A stretch of DNA of 64,000 nt from a virus (taxonomy: Duplodnaviria; Heunggongvirae; Uroviricota; Caudoviricetes): IMG/VR virus record IMGVR_UViG_2974540528_000001, positions 33,169 through 97,168 of that record. The stretch is one strand, 5' to 3'. The position numbers and the translations under genes were made by a program. Below the pieces are notes generated by a model. The model had not been told where the DNA came from. It was given only the letters and a program-made list of their open reading frames with translations, and did not search any database. The first letter of the stretch is position 1, and each line of letters opens with the position of its first letter. Below are positions 35,023 to 43,824 of the stretch, one piece after another.

Positions 35023-35339
35023 TTGATAACTTAATAATGCAGGCAGTCATGAGGGATGCTGAGGCGCTGGCTGTTCCCAGCGTCAAGGGTAAATTCTTAG
35101 TCGCCACAGGGTTGTGGCGCATGGTCGAATCTGGTGATGATTGCTATGTGATTTTCACTGATGACTATACTGATCCTAATGTTGCATTCACCGTATTGCT
35201 TCTGGATGATTGTGAGCTGGTAGAAGGTGAGAAGCTGTTGATGTTAACAAGCGTCTTGTTGGATACTCAAGAATTCTCACTTGTTGTCTTCAAGGACCAA
35301 AATGACTCGGAGGTAACTGATGAAGCTGATGTCGGTTGA
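35019..35339 (+). CDS. hypothetical acidic protein
   Basis: 106-aa ORF overlapping its neighbours. Confidence 0.35.
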   Translation: MIDNLIMQAVMRDAEALAVPSVKGKFLVATGLWRMVESGDDCYVIFTDDYTDPNVAFTVLLLDDCELVEGEKLLMLTSVLLDTQEFSLVVFKDQNDSEVTDEADVG

Positions 35340-35934
35340 CCAGAGTCTTAGTCATTGTGCGGTGGTTATTTGGGATGATAAGGCCGAAAAGCCCGAAGCA
35401 AGATACATGATCCGTACAGGGTCTACTTCGAGTAAGGGCAAACGGAAAAAGGATGTCGTGTATTTCGATCATGTGATTCAGCAGATCGATTACATTGTCA
35501 GTAAGATTTGTGAGTACGTAAGGCTTCACAAAATCGACACTTACGTCATGGAGTCGTTGGCTCTTAGGTCTGTGGGTAACGCCACCCGTGACCTCGCTGG
35601 ACTGTTCTACTGCATTCAGATGGCACTCTTGGAGCACTATATGAGCGTAGAGCAACTGCATGATGTCCCCCCTACCTCTGTGAAGGCTTGTGCCAGAAAC
35701 CTTTTACCCGAGGCAGAGCGTAAATTTGTTAAAGAAAGAGTTGACAAAAAGACCGGGGAAAAGGTATACTCCAACTGTAAGATTAAGATGGAAAAGGCAC
35801 ACATGGTTAGGGCTGTAGATTGTGATATGCCCGGCTGGTTGGATGGTCTTACACTCGCGGCTGGCAAAGCAGATTATGCTGATGCCTACCTGATAGGGAA
35901 GGCGTTTCTGGAGGGATTATCGCAAAGCGAGTAA
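35320..35934 (+). CDS. putative RuvC-fold Holliday-junction resolvase-like protein
   Basis: 204 aa; N-terminal LMSVDQSLSHCAVVIWD (Asp in first beta-strand) and VMESLAL acidic residue as in the RuvC/YqgF fold; weak. Confidence 0.4.
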   Translation: MKLMSVDQSLSHCAVVIWDDKAEKPEARYMIRTGSTSSKGKRKKDVVYFDHVIQQIDYIVSKICEYVRLHKIDTYVMESLALRSVGNATRDLAGLFYCIQMALLEHYMSVEQLHDVPPTSVKACARNLLPEAERKFVKERVDKKTGEKVYSNCKIKMEKAHMVRAVDCDMPGWLDGLTLAAGKADYADAYLIGKAFLEGLSQSE

Positions 35935-35978
35935 AATCTAAATCATCGAAGCCCAGAGTAAGGAAGAAGCCAGTAGTT

Positions 35979-36473
35979 GTGCCATTAACACCGGAACTTT
36001 GGGTGAAAGATGCAAAGCAGATTGCTGCTTTCAGAAATAAATTGATTCTGGAGCAGCAAGGGTTAGATCCTATACTCGGCGAGCCACTTCGCAAGCCGTG
36101 CTTGGATCATGACCATTTCGAAGGTAAATGCAGAGGTGTCCTTAGTCAGTGCGTGAATACTTTTGAGGGATATGTCCTGAAGGCTTGGATGAAGTACGTT
36201 TCAGAGAATACTCAGACGTCGTTATCCACCGCTCTTAGAAATTTGGCAGATTACTTAGAGCAAGACTTCAGTGGCTATCCGCTTCACGGCGGGTTTAAGA
36301 ACGATATGTTGAAGTTTTTGAGAAGATGCACCAACGAGAAGATAATTGAAAGAGCTAAGGCGGACCTTGGCATAATTATCCCCGAAGGTACTCAGAAACA
36401 AGACAGCCTCTTGCTATACCTTACAGAGTTCGTCAAGCAGACGGAGGAAAAACATGCCAAAGAAACCACTTAA
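35979..36473 (+). CDS. recombination endonuclease VII (T4 gp49-like)
   Basis: 164 aa; motif KPCLDHDHFEGKCRGVLSQCVN matches the Endo VII His-Me finger signature. Confidence 0.7.
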   Translation: MPLTPELWVKDAKQIAAFRNKLILEQQGLDPILGEPLRKPCLDHDHFEGKCRGVLSQCVNTFEGYVLKAWMKYVSENTQTSLSTALRNLADYLEQDFSGYPLHGGFKNDMLKFLRRCTNEKIIERAKADLGIIIPEGTQKQDSLLLYLTEFVKQTEEKHAKETT

Positions 36474-36657
36474 ATTCTTTTACAGAAATTGGCGAGGTAA
36501 GTGCGGATATCGTACTGTAGAAGAACCCGTCATGTGGTATGGGTCTACCCAGTATCACAAGAACTCTCAATGGTTTATTAGAGGTTATGATCTAGATAAA
36601 CAAGACTTTAGAGATTTCGCTGTGAATGATATCATTGAATTCGTCCGAGAGGTGTAA
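36454..36657 (+). CDS. hypothetical small protein
   Basis: 67-aa ORF. Confidence 0.35.
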   Translation: MPKKPLKFFYRNWRGKCGYRTVEEPVMWYGSTQYHKNSQWFIRGYDLDKQDFRDFAVNDIIEFVREV

Positions 36658-37598
36658 TGCTACCTGTAGATAAAAAGATTATAGAACTTCATGAAAGCGG
36701 AATGAGTAACCGTGAAATTGCTCGCACATTCCTTGGAAAAGAGTCGAGAGAGTCATACATCCGTTTGGTTCTTAAGCGTCATAGCGCAGAGTCTACGCCT
36801 TTAACAAAGGCCTTAGTATCGGACTATAAGAAAGCTAAGATCCTGTTCTTAGATATCGAGACTGCACCGCTGAAGGGGCATCTCTGGAGTCTATGGCAGA
36901 ATGGAATTGGGCTTAACCAGATGGTTTCTGACTGGTACATGCTATCTTTCGTAGCCAAATGGGCTGACCAGGATGAGGTCATTTATCGCGATATCCGTGA
37001 TAACTACGATAAGGAAAGTGATGCATCTCTCCTTCAAGACCTGTGGGACTTGCTTGATGAAGCGGATTTTGTTGTTGGGCATAATGTCCGTAAGTTCGAC
37101 ATTAAGAAGGTCAATGCTCGTTTCCTATTGAATGGAATGGATAAGCCATCAACCTTCCGTATTATCGATACCATGCTTATCGCCAAAGCCCTGTTTGGAT
37201 TCACCTCCAACAAGCTGGAATATCTGACCGATCGCCTGTGTACGAAATACAAGAAGTCTAAGCACACTAAGTTCCCAGGACACCTGCTGTGGGATGAGTG
37301 TTTGAAAGGCAACCCTGAAGCTTGGGATGAGATGGAAGAGTATAACAAGTTCGACGTTTTATCGAACCAAGAGTTGTATGAAATCTTCATGCCGTGGGAC
37401 CCTCGTCTTCCTAACTTCGACCTTTACGTTGATGATGTTCTGGATATGAGCGAGTGGGTAGAGGATGGTTTCCATTACACCAATCTTGGCAAATACCAAC
37501 GCTACCGCCATAAGGTCACCGGGCAACAGCGTCGTGGGCGTGTTAATATCCTCTCCAAGGATAAACGGCAACAGCTTCTGGCAAATATCTTGTCTTAA
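36657..37598 (+). CDS. DnaQ-like (DEDD) 3'-5' exonuclease
   Basis: 313 aa; Exo I motif ILFLDIETAP, Exo II-like FVVGHNVRKFDIKKV, further acidic motif in C-terminal part. Confidence 0.55.
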   Translation: MLPVDKKIIELHESGMSNREIARTFLGKESRESYIRLVLKRHSAESTPLTKALVSDYKKAKILFLDIETAPLKGHLWSLWQNGIGLNQMVSDWYMLSFVAKWADQDEVIYRDIRDNYDKESDASLLQDLWDLLDEADFVVGHNVRKFDIKKVNARFLLNGMDKPSTFRIIDTMLIAKALFGFTSNKLEYLTDRLCTKYKKSKHTKFPGHLLWDECLKGNPEAWDEMEEYNKFDVLSNQELYEIFMPWDPRLPNFDLYVDDVLDMSEWVEDGFHYTNLGKYQRYRHKVTGQQRRGRVNILSKDKRQQLLANILS

Positions 37599-37614
37599 GC
37601 AATAAAAACGTGTT

Positions 37615-37642
37615 GACAAGACTTTATTAAACGGTAGAATGT
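37615..37642 (+). promoter_or_regulatory. sigma70-type promoter TTGACA-N16-TAGAAT
   Basis: Hexamers at 37615-37620 and 37637-37642. Confidence 0.5.
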
Positions 37643-37700
37643 CTCGTGTACCAGAAAGCAAACTACACGAGACAATACAAACTACGAAAGGAGAGACTGT

Positions 37701-38162
37701 ATGACAGTAAAATACGCAGGCTTTTGCATTTCAGCAACTGAGAACATCCCGGCAACTGATGCAAGTCTTCTGCTTATGCTTAAAGACCTCTCATCGGTCT
37801 ATGACCGTAGTCATGATGTGAAATCCTCTACTGTGGGTTATCATACTCTTGGTTCTATCATGGGCAATGGCCGCTTCCGAGACATGGGGTATTCTGCCGA
37901 ATCTGTGGTGGATATAATCCGATCTCTGGACCCGAAAACATTTCCGCTGCTTTTCAAGCGGCACAATGATAAGGGTGATCTTTTCCTGCATCGTGAACCG
38001 ATCTTCCACACCAAGGCACTGTACAAAACCCTTGTGGAAATCAAGAAAGATGGTAAACTGAAGAAAGACAGCAACGGAAAACTTAAAATACATTTCCGTG
38101 GTAAAATTTACGAGGGCCACGGAGTTAAAGAGTCCGTATTCAAAGCTAAAACAGAAATCTAA
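37701..38162 (+). CDS. hypothetical protein
   Basis: 153-aa ORF with RBS AAAGGAGAGACTGTATG. Confidence 0.45.
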   Translation: MTVKYAGFCISATENIPATDASLLLMLKDLSSVYDRSHDVKSSTVGYHTLGSIMGNGRFRDMGYSAESVVDIIRSLDPKTFPLLFKRHNDKGDLFLHREPIFHTKALYKTLVEIKKDGKLKKDSNGKLKIHFRGKIYEGHGVKESVFKAKTEI

Positions 38163-38199
38163 TCCTCAAAACATCGGTTAGCAATATAAAGGAGAAATT

Positions 38200-39225
38200 A
38201 TGAAATTTCAAGATACCCTGACACCAATAACCGGCACAGCCACGTCAGATGGGTTCATGGCTTTATGTAGCGTTGATAACTTCTTAACCCTGACCAAAAC
38301 GCCGGTTGTGCAGCGAAACCACGATGATCGTGTTAACAAGGGGCAGGTTGATCATTTCGAGAATGTTCTTCCTCAGCACCGTGTTGTTTCGGTGGGTATT
38401 TATACTGGCGAATCTTTTGAGTACGAAGGCGGTGAGGTAATCAAACCTGGCGATGCTCTGGTTGTTGATGGAAACACCCGTAAATGCTACTGGCAACGTG
38501 CCGTCGAGTCGGAACACCCTATGGTGAACGACCTAAGAAAGAATCCATTGATTGTATGTGTAAAAGATATGAAGACACCACTGGATATCGAAATGTGGTA
38601 CGAAACTTTCGACAGCAACGGGCAAATTAAGAAATCCAGTCATGCGATGCAGTCTGCGGCCCACTTGAGCGGTGTGGATGAAGGTCGTATTATGCGCCTT
38701 TCAACCCTACTTAACCGCATGGTGAAGTCTGTCGATAAGAAATCGTGTAAAACAGAGGTTGAACTCCGTTCTAAGAAGGTAATGGCGTTCGGTGTTGAGC
38801 ACATCAATGCTTTTTACGATGCTTTTGAACCACGCACAACGAAAACTTTTATGTCTAAGAGCGCACCATTCCTTGCAGCGTACCGCGCCCTTCGTGCCAA
38901 GGGTGGTAAGAGTAGTTACACCCGAATTGACTGGTTTTTTGATGAGATTCTTACAGGTCAGTTCTCAAAACCTCTTAACTCCGCAGGGGAGATGTGTGTG
39001 ACAACGTACCTGAACAACTTGCTAATGCAACAAGGATCTTATTCATTCCTTAACCCAAAAGCATCAGCAGACCGTATCTTCATTGTGGCTGGGCTTCTTT
39101 ATCATTACGGTATGCGGGTAATTGGTGGCAATCTCTTTGTCCCGATTAATCGCAAACCTGTCTCCAATAGCCAAGCGGGGGCAGATAAGATGAGAGACCT
39201 GTTCAACAGTGAAATGACATTCTAA
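38200..39225 (+). CDS. hypothetical protein
   Basis: 341-aa ORF with RBS AAAGGAGAAATTATG; followed by a terminator. Confidence 0.45.
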   Translation: MKFQDTLTPITGTATSDGFMALCSVDNFLTLTKTPVVQRNHDDRVNKGQVDHFENVLPQHRVVSVGIYTGESFEYEGGEVIKPGDALVVDGNTRKCYWQRAVESEHPMVNDLRKNPLIVCVKDMKTPLDIEMWYETFDSNGQIKKSSHAMQSAAHLSGVDEGRIMRLSTLLNRMVKSVDKKSCKTEVELRSKKVMAFGVEHINAFYDAFEPRTTKTFMSKSAPFLAAYRALRAKGGKSSYTRIDWFFDEILTGQFSKPLNSAGEMCVTTYLNNLLMQQGSYSFLNPKASADRIFIVAGLLYHYGMRVIGGNLFVPINRKPVSNSQAGADKMRDLFNSEMTF

Positions 39226-39230
39226 AAAAT

Positions 39231-39258
39231 AGGGGCGTAAGCCCCTCTTCTCTTTCTT
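39231..39258 (+). terminator. rho-independent terminator
   Basis: AGGGGCGTAAGCCCCT stem-loop followed by CTTCTCTTTCTT. Confidence 0.5.
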
Positions 39259-39265
39259 AGGGGGC

Positions 39266-40120
39266 TTGTTGATTACAAGTATTTATCCGCTTTTTAAATG
39301 GACCGGAAGCAAGCGAAAGATGTTTCCAAAGTATGAGCCTTTCTTCAAGGGATTGCAGTTCGACACCTTTGTGGATTTATGCGGTGGAACAGGAGCAACT
39401 TCTGTGTGGATTCACCAGAACTACCCCGATGCAAGCATTATCCTGAATGAAATCAACGTAGACATTTTTGGAATCTACACAGGCATCAAGCATGACTATG
39501 CCTCTTTCATCGACCTTGTAGATTATTATGAGCGAACCTACATGGCTCTCGAAGGTAAAGAGAGCCGGAAAGCGATGTACCTCAAGGTTCGTGAAGAATT
39601 CCACGAGGAGTATTACGAAATAGATGTTCTCGATCGCTCTGCGATGCTATACTTCCTGTTGTGTACAAACTTCAACGGCATCTGGCAAGCTAAGTCCAGC
39701 TCCGGGCTGTATTACACGCCATTCGGCAATGGTGGCGAGAAGACCGGAATTTATAACCGTAAAGGCATGGAAGATTTCAAGGCAATGGTAGATAAGGCAG
39801 AGATTCTCTGCGGGAGCTACGAGCAGGTTGTTATTCCTGACAACTCACTGGTCTTTGCTGACCCTCCGTACATCTCCAGCCATACACAGTACGACAAACG
39901 TGAGAACTTCAGCGACCTTATGCAATTTGAAATGGCCGAGTTCCTGATCGCACACAGCAAGAAGAATAAGATTGCTTTCTGCAACAAGGATGATAAGATG
40001 TTTAGAGAAATCTTTGCAGGGTTTAGCTTCGAGGAGTTCAACGTGAAGTACACAGCATCCTCGAAAGACACCTTCGGGGCAAAAGCTACAGAGATCCTTG
40101 TTCACAACTTTAATATTTAA
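39266..40120 (+). CDS. dam: DNA N6-adenine methyltransferase (Dam-like)
   Basis: 284 aa; N-terminal PLFKWTGSKRKMFPKYEPFF (AdoMet-binding motif) and catalytic FADPPYIS. Confidence 0.75.
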   Translation: MLITSIYPLFKWTGSKRKMFPKYEPFFKGLQFDTFVDLCGGTGATSVWIHQNYPDASIILNEINVDIFGIYTGIKHDYASFIDLVDYYERTYMALEGKESRKAMYLKVREEFHEEYYEIDVLDRSAMLYFLLCTNFNGIWQAKSSSGLYYTPFGNGGEKTGIYNRKGMEDFKAMVDKAEILCGSYEQVVIPDNSLVFADPPYISSHTQYDKRENFSDLMQFEMAEFLIAHSKKNKIAFCNKDDKMFREIFAGFSFEEFNVKYTASSKDTFGAKATEILVHNFNI

Positions 40121-40137
40121 GGGCTTCGGCCCTTTGC
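40121..40137 (+). terminator. small hairpin terminator
   Basis: GGGCTTCGGCCC followed by TTTGC immediately after the dam stop. Confidence 0.35.
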
Positions 40138-40149
40138 TAAGGAGGTTCT

Positions 40150-40335
40150 ATGGGAAGAGAAATTGTTGTTAAAGTTCCTGATGCCGCAGATGATGATTGG
40201 CTGCGAGAGCAGATCGAATCCTTACGTGTAAGGATCGAGGCTGTTGTAGAGGTTGAGGATAACGAAGAAAGCTTTAATAAGTTAGGGGCTTGCCTTGACA
40301 TCATTGATGCACTTCAACAGTATACGGGGTACTAA
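40150..40335 (+). CDS. hypothetical small acidic protein
   Basis: 61-aa ORF with RBS AAGGAGGTTCTATG. Confidence 0.35.
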   Translation: MGREIVVKVPDAADDDWLREQIESLRVRIEAVVEVEDNEESFNKLGACLDIIDALQQYTGY

Positions 40336-40940
40336 TGGATATTATTGTTCTGAATGCTCCCCCACAGAGCGGTAAAGATGAGATTTCTGCGTACCTTTGT
40401 AAAGGTAACCCAAACATCAACCACGAAGAGGTAAAGGAACTCCTTTTTGAGGTTGCTATTCGTTCAGCGGGAATTTCCCGTGAGTTGTGGGATGCAATGT
40501 ATACCCGTCGGTATAAAGAGATCCCAAGCCCATACCTGATGATTGATGGTGTGAATGTGTCACCACGTCAGTGGATGATCCATTGCTCCGAAAAGGTAAT
40601 CAAGCCATTGTTCGGCAAGTCAGCATTCGGTAAAGCTGCTGTGGAAAAGTTGAAGCAGACCTATGCAAATGACGAGGTGATTGTATTCTCAGATGGTGGC
40701 TTTGCTGAGGAAATCAAAGAGTTGTCCGATTATGCATACTCGACTGGTGGTGAATTCTTCCTTGCGCGTATCCACCGAAAAGGTTATGATTGGGGGAATG
40801 ATAGTCGTAACTGGTTATACCTCGACGGCATCCGAGGTCATGAACGTGACTTTGATAACAAAGAGGGTGCTATGATCGGATGTGCAGAAGAGATCCTTGA
40901 GTGGGCTAGATCAATTAGCTATGGAGAAGATGATGCGTAA
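40335..40940 (+). CDS. deoxynucleoside monophosphate kinase
   Basis: 201 aa; N-terminal P-loop VLNAPPQSGKDEIS resembles T4 gp1 dNMP kinase. Confidence 0.55.
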   Translation: MDIIVLNAPPQSGKDEISAYLCKGNPNINHEEVKELLFEVAIRSAGISRELWDAMYTRRYKEIPSPYLMIDGVNVSPRQWMIHCSEKVIKPLFGKSAFGKAAVEKLKQTYANDEVIVFSDGGFAEEIKELSDYAYSTGGEFFLARIHRKGYDWGNDSRNWLYLDGIRGHERDFDNKEGAMIGCAEEILEWARSISYGEDDA

Positions 40941-41535
40941 ACCGATGAATATAGGTATTGATGTCGATCTAACTTTTGTAGATTCTGGTACTCCTTGGCT
41001 TCATTGGTTGGAACTGATGTATGGCGTTAAGGCGGACTGTAGTTTGCCACCCCCGAACCCACAGGGGAAGACTTACTATAATCTTTCTAAATATTTTCCA
41101 CCCGCGAAGGTGAATCAATTACCTCCGTATGAGTTCTGGGAAGACCCTTATTTGTACGATAGGCTGAAACCACGCCCTGGCGCTGTTGAAGCAGTGGCCT
41201 CATTTGCTGAAGCTGGTCACTTCAACCAATTTGTATCATACTGCAAAAAGGGACACTTCTCGTCTAAGGTACGCTTCTTGAAACGTGAGACAGAAGAGTT
41301 CTTCAGCCTTGAGCCGGGTTCTGGTCATGGTTTTTATGCGACGAAGAACAAAGCCGGTCTTAAGCTTGACGTCATTATTGATGATCGCAATGAATTCCTG
41401 AATCAGTTCGGAGATGACGTACTTAAGATTAAGTTCTGGACGCCGTATGACCAATCTGAGGAGTTGAAAGTCTCGATTGACCTTGAGACATCCGACTGGA
41501 GTCATATTCAGGACTTTATTCTGGACCTCTCCTGA
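40882..41535 (+). CDS. HAD-family phosphatase, likely 5'(3')-deoxyribonucleotidase
   Basis: 217 aa; HAD motif I NIGIDVDLTF (DxDxT); overlaps upstream gene. Confidence 0.5.
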   Translation: MQKRSLSGLDQLAMEKMMRKPMNIGIDVDLTFVDSGTPWLHWLELMYGVKADCSLPPPNPQGKTYYNLSKYFPPAKVNQLPPYEFWEDPYLYDRLKPRPGAVEAVASFAEAGHFNQFVSYCKKGHFSSKVRFLKRETEEFFSLEPGSGHGFYATKNKAGLKLDVIIDDRNEFLNQFGDDVLKIKFWTPYDQSEELKVSIDLETSDWSHIQDFILDLS

Positions 41536-41735
41536 TGAAAAGGAATAGATGCGAGGGCGGTGATTTCATCGTCCGTCAGGGTAAGTGGTACGAAGTGTTC
41601 GATGAGAAGGATAATTTCGTGTACTCATTCAAAGCGACAAGCGACATGTGTAAGAATGTGCTTAACCGCTACTTGGTGTTCAAGGCAGACCTTGATCCAA
41701 ATGTTAACTACAAAATTAAGAGGGTTGGAAAATGA
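41535..41735 (+). CDS. hypothetical small protein
   Basis: 66-aa ORF. Confidence 0.35.
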   Translation: MKRNRCEGGDFIVRQGKWYEVFDEKDNFVYSFKATSDMCKNVLNRYLVFKADLDPNVNYKIKRVGK

Positions 41736-42049
41736 CAAAGGATGAAATGGCGGAACACATCCGTACACAAGCAACGGCTCGTGTGAATCGTGTTATTGAA
41801 GGTATGTTTCCAGGTACAGGACTGACTGCGGATATCATGGGGATTGATGCGGATTTTAATAAAGGTCTTTTTGATGACGTCTATCTGAACTTATTCTCTC
41901 TCCGCGAGCTGGAAGAGATTATTACCCCCCAGATCAAATACAAAGACCGTCTTGCTGAACTTGACCTGTTAGTTGAAACTGCCGTCGCCGCCCGTATGGC
42001 TGAAAACCAAGACAAGATTATTGAGAAATTAGGAGCAATGAGTGAGTAA
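41732..42049 (+). CDS. hypothetical protein
   Basis: 105-aa ORF with coupled start and stop. Confidence 0.4.
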   Translation: MTKDEMAEHIRTQATARVNRVIEGMFPGTGLTADIMGIDADFNKGLFDDVYLNLFSLRELEEIITPQIKYKDRLAELDLLVETAVAARMAENQDKIIEKLGAMSE

Positions 42050-43028
42050 TTTGATTTCCGTAAAAATTGTAGCTGACAGCATTTCTCCTTCAGGCATTCG
42101 AATCATAACCTTCGAACTTGAATACCCACGAATAATCCATAGTGAGCTGATGACTCACCGACTGTTAAGTCGAAATGCGATGAGCAGTCGTGCTATTCCG
42201 ATTAAGAAAATGATCGAGCAGGTTCAGCAAAATCCTGCAATGCCTGTGAAGTTTGGTAAGAACCAACCTGGAATGCAGGATGCCGGGGAGCACTCAGCAC
42301 AGCTTGGTGATGGGTACTCGGCAGAAGAGTGGTGGAAACTCGCAGGACTTAGTGCAGCCCGGTTTGCAGCAGAATTTGCAGATGCGGGTTATCACAAGCA
42401 GATTGCAAACCGCCTTCTGGAACCATACCAAAGAATGAAGACAGTTGTCACCGCTACAGACTGGAATAACTTCTTCTGGCTGCGTGTTGACCCGGATGCT
42501 GATCCTACGATCTATGAACTAGCTAAGGCAATGAAAGAGGCTAGCGATAACTCTATCCCAGACCCTCTTGAACCTGGACAGTGGCATACACCATACGTTG
42601 ACCACGTTTATGGCTTTGAAGATATCGACGATAAAGAGTGTGCAGTATTTGAAGGCTATTGCGTTCTTGACGAAGAGAACAAGCCTGTAATGCTGACCCT
42701 GGAAGAGGCTTTGGCTATTTCCGCATCTTGTTGTGCTCAGGTGTCTTATCGTGTTCTGAATACGAGTAAAGAAAAGGCTCTGGATATCTATGAGAAGTTG
42801 GTCAGTGGTAATAAAGTTCATGCTTCTCCATTTGAACATCAGGCTACACCTATGAAGGGTGAGTTCAGTCAATATGGCTATGACCCAAGTGTGAATATCC
42901 CTGGATATGCGGTATCTTGGGAAGAGGGTATCACACACGCAGATCGTCAAGGACAACTTTGGTCCGGCAACCTTCGTGGTTGGCTACAACATCGCCAGTT
43001 AGTGCCTGACAATGCAATTTCAGGTTGA
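42042..43028 (+). CDS. thyX: flavin-dependent thymidylate synthase ThyX
   Basis: 328 aa; ThyX signature RHR-x7-S present as MTHRLLSRNAMSSRA. Confidence 0.7.
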   Translation: MSNLISVKIVADSISPSGIRIITFELEYPRIIHSELMTHRLLSRNAMSSRAIPIKKMIEQVQQNPAMPVKFGKNQPGMQDAGEHSAQLGDGYSAEEWWKLAGLSAARFAAEFADAGYHKQIANRLLEPYQRMKTVVTATDWNNFFWLRVDPDADPTIYELAKAMKEASDNSIPDPLEPGQWHTPYVDHVYGFEDIDDKECAVFEGYCVLDEENKPVMLTLEEALAISASCCAQVSYRVLNTSKEKALDIYEKLVSGNKVHASPFEHQATPMKGEFSQYGYDPSVNIPGYAVSWEEGITHADRQGQLWSGNLRGWLQHRQLVPDNAISG

Positions 43029-43052
43029 CAAAGATATCGTTAATTCGTATCT
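43024..43052 (+). promoter_or_regulatory. sigma70-type promoter TTGACA-N17-TATCTT
   Basis: Hexamers at 43024-43029 and 43047-43052. Confidence 0.4.
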
Positions 43053-43069
43053 TAGAAGCATATTAATTA

Positions 43070-43090
43070 GGGGCGATTTTGCCCCTTGTC
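43070..43090 (+). terminator. hairpin terminator-like element
   Basis: GGGGCGATTTTGCCCC followed by TTGTC after the thyX stop. Confidence 0.35.
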
Positions 43091-43588
43091 AGGCAGAATG
43101 GAGATTACATGAGTAAAGAAAAACGCAAGCCACCCCAACACATTTCGGTCACCATTGACTTCCTGAGAACGGTCCCAGGGTTTGATGTCCAGAAAGATAA
43201 TGACCTCCGCGCTGCCTTATACGCACTCGGTTTTCAGGTTACCGATAAAGATGGGAATCCTAAACACGTAACTGTGTTCCAAAACAAAAATGTAAGATGT
43301 GCCAACATGCCATCGACGTATCGTAAGACAATGATTTTTGTAGGAGAAATGCGACCTGATTATAAATACGCGAAGATATACAACGGTGTTGAAATCCTTG
43401 ATGTAGGGGTTTATTCAGGCAGTGATATGGAATTTGTTTTAGATCTTCCTTACGACATCCCTGTAATTGAAAAAGTTAACACCCGGAAGTATACCAAGCG
43501 AGGTGATCGACCAGAGACATTTGAAATCACTTTCGATATTGAAGACGAAGCTCGTCTGGGCGATGTATTTGGCCTGGAGGACGAATGA
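43079..43588 (+). CDS. hypothetical protein
   Basis: 169-aa ORF. Confidence 0.4.
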   Translation: MPLVRQNGDYMSKEKRKPPQHISVTIDFLRTVPGFDVQKDNDLRAALYALGFQVTDKDGNPKHVTVFQNKNVRCANMPSTYRKTMIFVGEMRPDYKYAKIYNGVEILDVGVYSGSDMEFVLDLPYDIPVIEKVNTRKYTKRGDRPETFEITFDIEDEARLGDVFGLEDE

Positions 43589-43815
43589 GTAAAGAAAAAA
43601 CGAAATGGAAAGACCGCGGCTTCGATGATAAGCACCATTATGCCGGGTGGCTCTACTTCAACGATTTAACCGATGACAGTAAAATGTACGACGATGTTTA
43701 CTATGATGAGTTTTCTGGTAAAATAGTTAACATCGTTGCGCCAGATCAAAACGAGAAAGACGATCAGGATGTTGACGAGGCAGATGAGTTTTTGTCTCAA
43801 TTTGAAGAAGAATAA
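43585..43815 (+). CDS. hypothetical acidic protein
   Basis: 76 aa, Asp/Glu-rich. Confidence 0.4.
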   Translation: MSKEKTKWKDRGFDDKHHYAGWLYFNDLTDDSKMYDDVYYDEFSGKIVNIVAPDQNEKDDQDVDEADEFLSQFEEE

Positions 43816-43824
43816 GGGGAAAGT

